Positions 9,220 through 18,577 of a DNA stretch of 64,000 bases are shown here, in pieces. Every line of letters begins with the position of its first letter. Position 1 is the first letter of the stretch. The stretch comes from a virus. Made by a program: the position numbers and the translations under genes. The stretch spans positions 32,001 through 96,000 of IMG/VR virus record IMGVR_UViG_3300021961_000037; one strand, given 5' to 3'. The notes beneath the pieces were generated by a model. It did not search any database. It saw only the letters and a program-made list of their open reading frames with translations, and had not been told where the DNA came from.

Positions 9220-11441
9220 CAGTCAAACCTGAAGCGCAAACGGCATCTGCAGTTGTATGTAAGTGACGGCGGAGCAAGTGGGTCGCCAGGGAAGCGAAGC
9301 ATTGTTCCACCGACAGCGAAGCCTTCACCAAAGTCAACTGTCTTGCCCTCAAGGAACTGGTGAGCGGTCCTGACCTTGGAATCTTTGCGTGTGATCCATG
9401 TCTTGGTTAAACCACCAGATTCTTTTCCGGAAAGGTAGACACCAGCATTGAATGCGCTCTGTGCTTCGTGTTCCGCCATTGCGCGGCGGCGCTTGCGTAG
9501 GAGATTAATGAAAATGGCAGCCAAAGCCAGTCGTAGCAATTGCGATTTGTCTTCATCATCCCCAGATGCAAGAGCCACGAGAACCGCTGCCGCAATTTCC
9601 TCAAAAGTTGACTGATTCGCCTGTTGCATTCGCTCAATCTGCTGTTCGGCGAGTTTTTCCAGTTCTTCTTGGTCAATATTCACCGGCATGTTTGTTTTTG
9701 ATGACACATAGTCTTTTGCTTCGTTGCAGATGGCGATAATGACTGGCTTCACATCATCCGACAGTTGCTTGTTCCATACGTCAATGTCAAAGAACATGTC
9801 TGCGGTTAGAACGCCAGAAGAAAGTGCTTTGAGTGACTTCTTCCCAAATGCTTTTTCTACAACTACTCGTTGCTGTCGCTCAAAGAGACGCTCAAGTGTG
9901 CGGTCAAGAATTTCCGTCCACCTATCGGTGTCTGTGTCTGCTTTTGTTTCAACTTCTTCCATGAACTTTTGGTGGAGTTGAGATTGGATTTCCTCAAAAG
10001 CGCTGAGTTGCTGTTCTGCTGGTAGTGCGCCAGTTTCCATCGGTTGTTCTGCGCCAGTTGCGGGAGCCTCTCCTTCTGGTGCTGGAATTGGTGCTGGCGG
10101 TGCCGGCTGTGGCATTTCCGCTGCTCCGTCTTGTGGTGGTAATCCAGCCACGGGAGCATTTTGCTCGGTTCCGACCATGTCAACTGGTTGCTGTTGCTCT
10201 GGTTTGAACGCCTTCTCGGTATTTGCAATCGGAGTAAGGTTCGGATTGGAGAGAAGAGAATCCGCAAGTTCCGACTCAACTTTTTTGCGACCAGTTGACG
10301 ATCGGTACTCGTTGACAGAAATCAAACCTTGCTGGAATTCATCCATCGTGTACCGCTCTCGTTCCTGCTTCGCAAGAATGAGAATCGGAATATCCGCCGT
10401 GTCAAAGTCAACATAGTAATTGTCATCAAGTTCATCTAGCGCACGACTCAATGTATGCAGATGGGGAACCATTGTTTCCATCCAGAAAACACGAAGTTCT
10501 TCTGAGGCATTGCTGAATGTTCTTCCAGCAGCATTTCCTATAACAGACTCTGGAACTCCGAATGCTGAGAGGATTTCTTCTTTCTGGATTTGACGCAACT
10601 GAATGTACGCAGCGTCTCTCGGAGAAGCAGAAGTATCCACATAGTCAACGCCGTCTGTTGACGCAATGACACTTGTGTATCCGACACGGGAAAGATTTCC
10701 GCGGAAACGAGCCTTTAATTCTTGCTTGTCGTCTTCTTCCATGTCGCCACGAACAACGATGAGACCGCCTGGTCTGCCGTCGTTCAACAGATAGTTGCGG
10801 TTGTACAACTTCGCAAGGTTCTCAAGTTCAATTGCGATTCCCGCCGATTCCATTGGCGTGATTGACAGATATGGGTCAAGCGGATGTGGTCGTCGAACCC
10901 AACAAACATCTTCTGGCTTGAGGGTTACCTTTGTTCCGTTGCGCATATCAACTTCATAGCCAGAAACAAATTTCCTGGGGTCTGGAATTGGTGCTGTGTG
11001 TTGTGGGGGGAGGAGATGGAGACCAATGATGCGACCATCACGTCCCCGAACTTTTTCTATGAAGGCACCCCTACTGCTCATGAGCAGTTGCGATGAAAGT
11101 CTGTATCTAAAGACGAACGAGTTTTCGCCCATGTTTGTTTTTGAGTTCAGTAGTTCAACAATTGTTTCGTCTGTTGTGACTATTTCTCCACGCTGATCAT
11201 TGTCTTTGCGAAGCATGACTGGCAGGCGAGCCTGATTGCCGGCGATTGCATCAATACAGCGGAAAACCCATGTGACTTTTTGGATTCCCTCTCGGTATGC
11301 ACGCTCGATATCCCAGCCATCCCGATACGGCTTTCCAGCACGACCAGCATCAAATGCGATTGGGGCACCAGCGTTCAAAATTGATTTTTCTTCAATTCCG
11401 CTACGGATGTCCTTATTGGCGAACCCACTATTCCATGCCAT
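9219..11441 (-). CDS. HK97-family portal protein fused to C-terminal MuF (head morphogenesis) domain
   Basis: Portal motifs VFRCIDAIAGNQARLP, EILSAFGVPESVIG, ISVNEYR; Pro/Gln linker; MuF-type KTWITRKDSKVRTAH...FPGDP...NCRC. Confidence 0.9.
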   Translation of the reverse strand: MAWNSGFANKDIRSGIEEKSILNAGAPIAFDAGRAGKPYRDGWDIERAYREGIQKVTWVFRCIDAIAGNQARLPVMLRKDNDQRGEIVTTDETIVELLNSKTNMGENSFVFRYRLSSQLLMSSRGAFIEKVRGRDGRIIGLHLLPPQHTAPIPDPRKFVSGYEVDMRNGTKVTLKPEDVCWVRRPHPLDPYLSITPMESAGIAIELENLAKLYNRNYLLNDGRPGGLIVVRGDMEEDDKQELKARFRGNLSRVGYTSVIASTDGVDYVDTSASPRDAAYIQLRQIQKEEILSAFGVPESVIGNAAGRTFSNASEELRVFWMETMVPHLHTLSRALDELDDNYYVDFDTADIPILILAKQERERYTMDEFQQGLISVNEYRSSTGRKKVESELADSLLSNPNLTPIANTEKAFKPEQQQPVDMVGTEQNAPVAGLPPQDGAAEMPQPAPPAPIPAPEGEAPATGAEQPMETGALPAEQQLSAFEEIQSQLHQKFMEEVETKADTDTDRWTEILDRTLERLFERQQRVVVEKAFGKKSLKALSSGVLTADMFFDIDVWNKQLSDDVKPVIIAICNEAKDYVSSKTNMPVNIDQEELEKLAEQQIERMQQANQSTFEEIAAAVLVALASGDDEDKSQLLRLALAAIFINLLRKRRRAMAEHEAQSAFNAGVYLSGKESGGLTKTWITRKDSKVRTAHQFLEGKTVDFGEGFAVGGTMLRFPGDPLAPPSLTYNCRCRLRFRFD

Positions 11442-11617
11442 TATTCAGACCCCAACAAATATCCGAAAATTCCGCAAGTGACCCCTCCAACTATGAAGCC
11501 CGCTGGTGGGAAAATTAGAAATGAACCGACTGTCGTCCCACCAACAAATAAAACCATTAGACCATTTGCTGCGGATGAGCGGGTCAAGTACTTCCCGAGT
11601 TTTGATAATTTGTCCAT
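11441..11617 (-). CDS. Small membrane protein preceding portal (not in ORF track)
   Basis: 58 aa MDKLSKLGKYLTRSSAANGLMVLFVGGTTVGSFLIFPPAGFIVGGVTCGIFGYLLGSE; TAATG overlap with the portal start; two hydrophobic segments. Confidence 0.75.
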   Translation of the reverse strand: MDKLSKLGKYLTRSSAANGLMVLFVGGTTVGSFLIFPPAGFIVGGVTCGIFGYLLGSE

Positions 11618-11690
11618 CTAGACCGTCACCCTAGCAAAAGTAAGACTCAAACCATAGTACATTATTGGTGTTCACGAGATTGCGGAAACC

Positions 11691-12995
11691 ATGACAGACT
11701 GGAAATCAATTTTAGAATACCTCCAGCCCAAAGAACCGTCATTCTGCCCTGAGCAACCTTCCATAACTCAAAAAGTGTTTTTGAGAACATACGCATTGGA
11801 AGCATTGTTCGGTGGTGCTGCCGGTGGAGGTAAATCTTCTGCGTTGTTGATGGCTGCGTTGCAATATGTCGATGTGCCTGGCTATTCGGCGATTCTTTTC
11901 CGCCGTACTTACGCAGACCTCGCCCTTCCGGGAGCGTTGATGGATCGTTTCAGGTCGTGGATTTCGCAATATGACGATGTCCACTGGAATGCAAACAGTT
12001 ATGTTGCGACATTCCCATCTGGTGCACGTATTTCGTTTGGCTACTTGAACAATCAAAATGACTTTCTTCGTTATAAAGGTTCAGAATTTCAGTTCGTTGG
12101 CATGGATGAGGTGACGGAAATTCGTGAATCTGATTACAGGTATTTGTTCTCTCGGCTCCGCCGTCCTGCCAGTGGCGAACTTTCCAAAGTCCCCCTACGG
12201 ATGAGGGCGGCGTCAAACCCAGCCCCCAACTGGGTGAGGCAACGGTTTATCGTTGAGGGCAAGCAAGAAAGTAGAATTTTTGTACCTTCCTTCCTTACTG
12301 ATAACCCTGGAATTGATGCAGAGTCATATCGTCAGGCGCTTTCTGCTCTAGATCCGATTGAACGGCGAAGGCTTGAAATGGGTGACTGGTGGGCTACAAC
12401 GCTCGGAACCCTATTTGACAGAGCCAATTTCCCGATAATTGATTACACGGAGTTGCCCCAGATGACCAGTTCCACACGGGTGGTCAGGTACTGGGATTTG
12501 GCTTCAACTGAGCCATCAAGCAGTAATCCTGACCCCGACTGGACGGTTGGGACGATGATGCTGTTTGATAATGGAATTGCTTATGTCTTGGATGTCCGTA
12601 AAATTCGGGCAAAAGCAGACAAAGTTGAGGCATTTATTGCAAGAACAGCGGAAGAAGATGGCAAAACAGTGGCGATTCGCATGGAACAGGAGCCTGGTTC
12701 TTCGGGCAAGGCTTTGGTTGACCAGTACGCCAGATATGTGGTTCCGGGCTGGGATTTGCAGGGGGTCAGGCCGACTGGTGACAAGGTGACGAGAGCAAGA
12801 CCTTTCGCTGCCGCCGTAGCCAACGGTAATGTTCGACTGGTTAGGGGTCCGTGGATTACCGACTGGTTGGATGAGTTTTCCTCCTTTCCCGAGGCATCCA
12901 GCCATGACGACCAAGTTGACTCCGCTGTTGGGGCATTCGTATTTTTAACGGGATTGGGGTTGCCACAAAGGGGACGCGTCAGTATCATCGTCTAG
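11691..12995 (+). CDS. terL: Terminase large subunit
   Basis: Walker A GGAAGGGKS, Walker B VGMDE, nuclease motifs YWDLA, EQEPGSSGK, HDDQVD. Confidence 0.95.
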   Translation: MTDWKSILEYLQPKEPSFCPEQPSITQKVFLRTYALEALFGGAAGGGKSSALLMAALQYVDVPGYSAILFRRTYADLALPGALMDRFRSWISQYDDVHWNANSYVATFPSGARISFGYLNNQNDFLRYKGSEFQFVGMDEVTEIRESDYRYLFSRLRRPASGELSKVPLRMRAASNPAPNWVRQRFIVEGKQESRIFVPSFLTDNPGIDAESYRQALSALDPIERRRLEMGDWWATTLGTLFDRANFPIIDYTELPQMTSSTRVVRYWDLASTEPSSSNPDPDWTVGTMMLFDNGIAYVLDVRKIRAKADKVEAFIARTAEEDGKTVAIRMEQEPGSSGKALVDQYARYVVPGWDLQGVRPTGDKVTRARPFAAAVANGNVRLVRGPWITDWLDEFSSFPEASSHDDQVDSAVGAFVFLTGLGLPQRGRVSIIV

Positions 12996-13035
12996 CGAGT
13001 ACCAATGTTGCCCGAAAGGGCAGAAAGGCTAGAAG

Positions 13036-13290
13036 ATGAAAATCAAGAAAGTATCCAAGACGCAACTACGCAAAGCGTCAGAAAATAGCAGTGCTGTTAT
13101 TGCAAATTGGTTGCGAACAAATCGCCTGAAGGCTGACTTGTCGCAGGCCCAACTTGCAGACCTTGCTGGAATTGACAGGAAGACTGTCAATCGTATTGAG
13201 AACGGTCATTTTTCTCCGAACATTGACACGATGACACGCGTCGCTGTAGTCTTGGGCAAGAAAACACCATCCATCCCACTACATATCTAG
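13036..13290 (+). CDS. XRE-family HTH regulator
   Basis: LSQAQLADLAGIDRKTVNRIENGHFSP. Confidence 0.9.
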   Translation: MKIKKVSKTQLRKASENSSAVIANWLRTNRLKADLSQAQLADLAGIDRKTVNRIENGHFSPNIDTMTRVAVVLGKKTPSIPLHI

Positions 13291-13306
13291 ACCAAGCGAG
13301 GCAACT

Positions 13307-13825
13307 ATGACTATTGAACCGTGGGAACAGTCTGACGCAACAGCGCCACTGACTGACTTCCGTCGGGCAATCATGGACTTGGGTGACCATGTGCGGAAAA
13401 TTGCTGACAGCGACAACGAGAACGATGTTATTGATGTTCTCGTGTTGCTTCATGCAATCAAAGCGGAAATCGGATTTGTTTTTTCTGAGTACCAAACATT
13501 GGTGACAGACAAAATTCCAGATTCTTCTATGGTTCGTGCCTCGAACGGTCAGACGATTGAAAAGAAGATTGGCAATGACCGCCGTTCATGGGAACATGAA
13601 AAACTTACTAGCGAAGTTTTGCGTCGTCTAAACGAAATGTCTATTGACATGGATACCGGCGAGGTAGTCATGTCCTCACAGCAAATAGCACTCAAACTGC
13701 TTGACTATCTGCAACCTTCGTATTGGCGAGTTAAGGAACTGGCAAAACTCGGAATTAACGCAGACCAATACTGTGAACTTGGAGAACTCAAGAGCAGCAT
13801 CATCATCAGAAAGGTTGATAAGTAA
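13307..13825 (+). CDS. Hypothetical protein
   Basis: 172 aa, SD GAGG upstream, stop overlaps the start of the next gene. Confidence 0.75.
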   Translation: MTIEPWEQSDATAPLTDFRRAIMDLGDHVRKIADSDNENDVIDVLVLLHAIKAEIGFVFSEYQTLVTDKIPDSSMVRASNGQTIEKKIGNDRRSWEHEKLTSEVLRRLNEMSIDMDTGEVVMSSQQIALKLLDYLQPSYWRVKELAKLGINADQYCELGELKSSIIIRKVDK

Positions 13826-14514
13826 TGAGTAACCTATACCAGCAACTTTCCGAGGCATTTCCTCAGGAAATGGAAAAGACCGTAAATAAGAGCGGTACGG
13901 TTTTGACATATGTGCCAGTTAGCGAAATCATTAATCGACTAAACAAAGTTCTCGGTGTTGATAAGTGGTCATTCACCATCGTCCGTTGCGAGCGTGATGC
14001 AAACGACCCAGACTTTGTCGTTGCACATGTCCGCATTGACTGGTACCAAACCGAGTCCGCCTGCGTGTCTCGTGATGGTTTCGGTGGACAGAAAATCAAG
14101 CGCAAGAAGGATGGAACCATTATTGATCTTGGTGACGAGTTCAAGGGCGCCATCTCTGATGCATTGAAGAAGTCAGCACAAACACTCGGTGTCGGTTTGT
14201 ACCTTGCCAGAAGCGAGGATGCAATGGAAATTGAGCAGGCTATTGAGGCAAGCGCCCAAGCACAAAAAGAAACTGGGTCGCCAAAGTATTTCCAAGTAAA
14301 GGAAATGTTTGATGGTTTGAGCGAGGAAAAGAAACGAGACGTCAAAAAGTTCTGGTCCGATTACAGCGGTGGAACATCAAAGCCGTTGTCCAAAATGGTT
14401 GACGATGAACTTGATGTAATTCTGTCTGAAATAGTCCGATTGCAGTTTGACGGAGCAACCCGCATTGACCCAGCGAATGGTGCAGGCACGGACGAAAAAG
14501 CAAACGACGACTGA
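13825..14514 (+). CDS. Rad52/Sak-family single-strand annealing protein
   Basis: LTYVPVSEIINRLNKVLGVDKWS...KGAISDALKKSAQTLGVGLYL. Confidence 0.88.
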   Translation: MSNLYQQLSEAFPQEMEKTVNKSGTVLTYVPVSEIINRLNKVLGVDKWSFTIVRCERDANDPDFVVAHVRIDWYQTESACVSRDGFGGQKIKRKKDGTIIDLGDEFKGAISDALKKSAQTLGVGLYLARSEDAMEIEQAIEASAQAQKETGSPKYFQVKEMFDGLSEEKKRDVKKFWSDYSGGTSKPLSKMVDDELDVILSEIVRLQFDGATRIDPANGAGTDEKANDD

Positions 14515-14515
14515 C

Positions 14516-15271
14516 GTGCTGACTGCTCCGGATTACCTATCGCCTAGTTCTATTTCAACATTTCATCAATGCCCACTGAAGTACAAGTACTCACGGATTG
14601 ACGGGATAAAGGAGCCGCCGACAGAAGCGACGCTTATGGGCACATTTGTCCACGAAGTATTGGAGGGTTTTTATTCACTTGCTCCGAGTGATAGAACCGT
14701 CCACTCCGCCAGAACGCTTGCGTCATCGGCATGGCAGAACTACGAGAAGGATGCATCAATAGTTCTTCGTGGCAATGTTGATTCCATCAGGGCTATGCGG
14801 TGGAGGGCATGGTGGTGTATTGAGAAGTTGATGGCGATGGAAGATGTCGCCGAGGTTCATTTTGATGGGATTGAAACTGAACTAAACGCCGAAATTGATG
14901 GAGTCAAAATCAAGGGTTTTGTTGACCGCTGGCATTTTGATGGGGATTCGATTGTCATTGGGGATTATAAAACTGGGAAAGTTCCCCGAGAACCGTACAG
15001 AGATGACAAGTTTGACCAATTGTTGATTTACGGAATTATTTTGAGTGAATCAATGGGTAAGGAGTTGAAGTCCGTTGAACTTCTGTACATAGGGCATGGT
15101 CAGAAACTTTCCAAAACCCCAACCGGCGAAGATATCGCAAGAGTTAAAAAAATGATTGTTGATACACGGGCAGAGATTGACAAACGGTGCCAAACGGAGG
15201 TATTTGAGGCTCGTCCGAGTATGCTGTGCAACTGGTGTTATTTTAAAAAAACATGTCCTGAGTGGAGTTAG
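14516..15271 (+). CDS. RecB/Cas4-like PD-(D/E)XK exonuclease with 4-Cys cluster
   Basis: LSPSSISTFHQCP, GTFVHEVLE, GFVDR, DYKTG, CNWCYFKKTC; GTG at 14516 preferred over 14447. Confidence 0.9.
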   Translation: MLTAPDYLSPSSISTFHQCPLKYKYSRIDGIKEPPTEATLMGTFVHEVLEGFYSLAPSDRTVHSARTLASSAWQNYEKDASIVLRGNVDSIRAMRWRAWWCIEKLMAMEDVAEVHFDGIETELNAEIDGVKIKGFVDRWHFDGDSIVIGDYKTGKVPREPYRDDKFDQLLIYGIILSESMGKELKSVELLYIGHGQKLSKTPTGEDIARVKKMIVDTRAEIDKRCQTEVFEARPSMLCNWCYFKKTCPEWS

Positions 15272-15278
15272 TTAAAAA

Positions 15279-15803
15279 ATGAATGATGATGCATTTGCGC
15301 GTTTGGTCGCTGATGAGGTCAAAAACAAAGCAACCGGTGAGGAAGTTGCCTATCTGTTGTTGCCAGAGAACTGGTCTAGGTGGCAACGTGCGCTTAAATC
15401 ACTTATTGACAATCTGAACTCGCAGCGAAATTCCATTATTGAAAGCGAACGCTCAGCAATCAATAAATACAAGCACCTTGGAGATGAGGGCGTTGTCATC
15501 ATTTCTGAACTGAACGCAAACTTTGAAGATCGCCGCAGGAAGATTGAGCGCTTTACTTTCTTCGTTGAGCAAAAATACGATGAAGTAACCCGAAAGATTG
15601 CCACAAATACTGAAGAGATTGATAAGCGTGTCGGTATGGTCGGTTTCTATCGCCGAGCAATAGAGAAGCATCGAGAGTTGATGAAAGAGTACGAACTTGA
15701 CTCAACGGACATTGATGATGCTCTTTGGGCTGCGCTTGATGGACGCTGGGAATTTGACGACATTACAGAAGAAAGCGCATACGAATCCCTAGACAGGGAC
15801 TAA
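15279..15803 (+). CDS. Hypothetical coiled-coil protein
   Basis: 174-aa ORF in operon. Confidence 0.75.
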   Translation: MNDDAFARLVADEVKNKATGEEVAYLLLPENWSRWQRALKSLIDNLNSQRNSIIESERSAINKYKHLGDEGVVIISELNANFEDRRRKIERFTFFVEQKYDEVTRKIATNTEEIDKRVGMVGFYRRAIEKHRELMKEYELDSTDIDDALWAALDGRWEFDDITEESAYESLDRD

Positions 15804-15812
15804 TGTTTCTTC

Positions 15813-16946
15813 GTGACACGTCAACGACTATTCCTTGACATTTCATGTGTTGATGCGGCAAGGCAACGGATTCGCCATGTTTACGACACATTTGACACTG
15901 TTTGTGTTCAGTTTTCTGGCGGTAAAGATTCGACTGCCATTCTTTATCTGGCGAAAGAAGTTCACGAAGAACGAAATCTGGGTCCTGTAAAAGTTATTTT
16001 TCGTGACGAAGAGATGGTCAGTCCGTCGGTTGTTCGTTTCGTTGAGAAGGTAAAGAATTATGACTGGGTTGATATGGAGTGGTATTGCCTTCCGTCCGGT
16101 CAGGAGGTGTGGGTTCTTGGTCGCCGTGAGTACGCGATGCTCTGGTCTCAGGCACGGAAAGAAGACGGTCGGCTAGTAAGAGATATGCCCGAGTGGGCTA
16201 TCAGGGCTGAGCATTTCGGTTTGGATCCAGCAAAACCCTCGCCAAAACTTGTTGACCATTACACGATGCAGGGGAAGAAGGGGAGGACGGCGTTTATTAC
16301 TGGTGTGCGCGCCAATGAGTCAATGGTTCGCTACAGGTCGTGTGTTCAAAAGTTGCATGAGAACTATATAGTCGCACCGTTCATGATGCCGAAATCAATT
16401 CCCCTGAGGTTTGCAAAAGTTATTTACGACTGGACAACCGAAGATGTTATGAAGTTTCTGATTCACGAACATAACGCCGAGTACTGCGAATACTACGACC
16501 TTGCCGAAATGACTGGAAGTAATTCTCGTGTTGGCATTCCACTTCACTCTGTCGCTATTAGGAGGATTGGGGATGTTGTCGCCACGGAGCCAGAATTTTA
16601 CGATGACCTTGTCAGGTGTTTCCCGCAAATTGATGCGCAGAGGAGATATTGGAAGTATTTTGACATTGAGAGTTTGATTGCGAACTATGCGTCAAACGGA
16701 TGGGACGGAGTGCGTGATTGCATTGAAGATAACATGTTGACTCCGGGGCTGAAGCAGGATGCTATGAAGTTTGCTTCTGATTTTAGGAAGAAGCGCGCAG
16801 TTGACCCGTTTGGTTTTCCGCTTGAGTATTTGATTCGAACACTTTTGTTGAATGAGTTTCATCAATCAACCCCTACGCCAGTAGGTCCGAAAACAAGGGC
16901 ACACACAATGAGAATGAAGGCAATTGAGTCTGGGGAGGACTATTAG
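15813..16946 (+). CDS. PAPS-reductase-family PP-loop protein (IbrA-like)
   Basis: FSGGKDS PP-loop, DEE, WYCLP, GVRANESMVR, IYDW. Confidence 0.85.
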   Translation: MTRQRLFLDISCVDAARQRIRHVYDTFDTVCVQFSGGKDSTAILYLAKEVHEERNLGPVKVIFRDEEMVSPSVVRFVEKVKNYDWVDMEWYCLPSGQEVWVLGRREYAMLWSQARKEDGRLVRDMPEWAIRAEHFGLDPAKPSPKLVDHYTMQGKKGRTAFITGVRANESMVRYRSCVQKLHENYIVAPFMMPKSIPLRFAKVIYDWTTEDVMKFLIHEHNAEYCEYYDLAEMTGSNSRVGIPLHSVAIRRIGDVVATEPEFYDDLVRCFPQIDAQRRYWKYFDIESLIANYASNGWDGVRDCIEDNMLTPGLKQDAMKFASDFRKKRAVDPFGFPLEYLIRTLLLNEFHQSTPTPVGPKTRAHTMRMKAIESGEDY

Positions 16947-17494
16947 TGAATGTCGTAACTGTTCCGCTTAGTTCGTTGAGGGCACCGAGTTGGGGGTCAA
17001 CATATCTTCTTCGTCCTGACAAAACGCTTCTTCGTATATCGCTCGTTGAATCTGGGTGGTTACAACCTTTGGTTGTGCGACTTGATGACCAGACAATAAT
17101 TGATGGAACGAAAAGGTGGGATATTGCCTGCTCGGACGACAAGTTTTTGTCCAAGTTTGGTTCCGATGTCCCCGTTGTTTACCATGATGTTGACGAGATT
17201 GATGCGATGATTCTTCATGTGCGCCTGAATAGGGCTAGGGGGAATGTTCACCCGGTCGGTCTTAGCGCAATCATGAAGAAGATTGTTTACTCAGGGAAAT
17301 ACGACGATAAAGATTTGTCAAATATCTTCGTAATGGGTGATGACGAGGTTGACCTTTTGCTTTCAAGCGGTTTGCTCAAGAATAAGAACTGGGCAAAGTA
17401 TGAGTATTCCCGAGCATGGGTTCCGATTGAGGTTCCGAAGGGGGCTGATGCTGGAACATCGTTTATAGAGCGACCACCTAATCCCGATAGGTAG
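16946..17494 (+). CDS. ParB/Srx-like protein (IbrB-like)
   Basis: GWLQPLVV, IIDGTKRW, RLNRARG; overlaps the IbrA-like gene. Confidence 0.8.
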   Translation: MNVVTVPLSSLRAPSWGSTYLLRPDKTLLRISLVESGWLQPLVVRLDDQTIIDGTKRWDIACSDDKFLSKFGSDVPVVYHDVDEIDAMILHVRLNRARGNVHPVGLSAIMKKIVYSGKYDDKDLSNIFVMGDDEVDLLLSSGLLKNKNWAKYEYSRAWVPIEVPKGADAGTSFIERPPNPDR

Positions 17495-17516
17495 TTTTAG
17501 ACCCACTTTCTTGAAA

Positions 17517-17527
17517 TGTGGTAAAGT
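17517..17527 (+). promoter_or_regulatory. Extended -10 promoter TGTGG-TAAAGT upstream of the Arg-rich/neck operon
   Basis: Matches TRTGn-TAnnnT in an intergenic gap. Confidence 0.45.
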
Positions 17528-17554
17528 CGTTGTAGTTTCTTTTCAGGGGTGAGT

Positions 17555-17935
17555 ATGCCACGACCGCGTTTCACGGAAGATATTGAATTCCGCACAGATG
17601 TCAATACGGCTGGTGATGTAATTCGTCGTGCCCGGTTTGTTGCGCGTCCTAGGCGTGTTGGCGGAAGGACTGTTCCTGGAAATGCGCGATACTACCGCCG
17701 ACGACAGCAGGAACTGTTGGCTGGCCGTCGTGCCGCCCAACGAGCAGCAAGGGGTGCAAGACGGACACGTGCGACTGCACAAAGGGCTGGGCGTCGCGCT
17801 GGTAATCCTCGTGCCGCTGGTGGTGGTCGTCGCACTGTTACGCCTCGTGGTCGGGGTGGTGTGCGTGGAGCGCTGGCTCGTGTTGCTCGGGGTATTGCCA
17901 ACCGTCTTGAGAGACGCCGTACCCGCCGTCGTTGA
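17555..17935 (+). CDS. Arg-rich, Lys-free protamine-like protein
   Basis: 39 Arg and 0 Lys in 126 aa; SD GGGGTGA before ATG; heads the neck operon. Confidence 0.7.
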   Translation: MPRPRFTEDIEFRTDVNTAGDVIRRARFVARPRRVGGRTVPGNARYYRRRQQELLAGRRAAQRAARGARRTRATAQRAGRRAGNPRAAGGGRRTVTPRGRGGVRGALARVARGIANRLERRRTRRR

Positions 17936-17949
17936 TCGGGAGGTGAACC

Positions 17950-18576
17950 GTGCTGGTTACGGTTTCTGAGTTACAAAAATATATGGACATCCGGTTTTCA
18001 AGCCGTCAGGAAGAGGCTGCCGAGTATGTCATAGAAGGCTTGCAAAGTGAGTTAGAGGCATATTTGCGTCGACCAGTTGAAGTTAACAACTATGTCGAAA
18101 CATATGTGATGGACAACAATCATGTTGGTGTTCCAATGTCATCTTTCCTTTACAACTATGACGATGTCGGAACGCATGAAATGATGAATGTTGCCCAACC
18201 GCCAGTGACTGTTTATTTGGACAACTCTCCAGTTGCATCTGTTAACTCGGTTAAAATTGTGCACCCGAACGATGCAACCGAAATAACACAGGTTGAAGGT
18301 CGTGACTACATTGTCCGTAAATACGGGATTGATTTGTATACCGCTTTTTCGAACGACAAAGTTATTGTTGATTATGAGGCTGGTCTTGATGGGGAAAACA
18401 TCAAGATGTTCAAGTTGATGATTCTGCGTGCTGGGACACGAGAGATGCAAAATATGCATGACGATGTTGTCGGAGTGAAAGACCTTGAAACACGAAATGT
18501 TGCTCCACTTGAAACGGGATTTTTGGAAAAAGAACTTCTCGCAGTTAAGCGGTGGCGTCGAAACAGAATAGCCTGA
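17950..18576 (+). CDS. Head-tail adaptor (gp6-like)
   Basis: LVTVSELQKYM...LEAYLRRP...VDYEAG; position before neck genes. Confidence 0.75.
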   Translation: MLVTVSELQKYMDIRFSSRQEEAAEYVIEGLQSELEAYLRRPVEVNNYVETYVMDNNHVGVPMSSFLYNYDDVGTHEMMNVAQPPVTVYLDNSPVASVNSVKIVHPNDATEITQVEGRDYIVRKYGIDLYTAFSNDKVIVDYEAGLDGENIKMFKLMILRAGTREMQNMHDDVVGVKDLETRNVAPLETGFLEKELLAVKRWRRNRIA

Positions 18577-18577
18577 C

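Noticed and set aside
13009-13022. TGCCC-GAAA-GGGCA hairpin after terL as a terminator
   Set aside because: Only 5 bp and no U-tract.
14516-15271. Cas4 as part of a CRISPR-Cas locus
   Set aside because: No array or other cas genes; its position next to Sak fits a recombination exonuclease.
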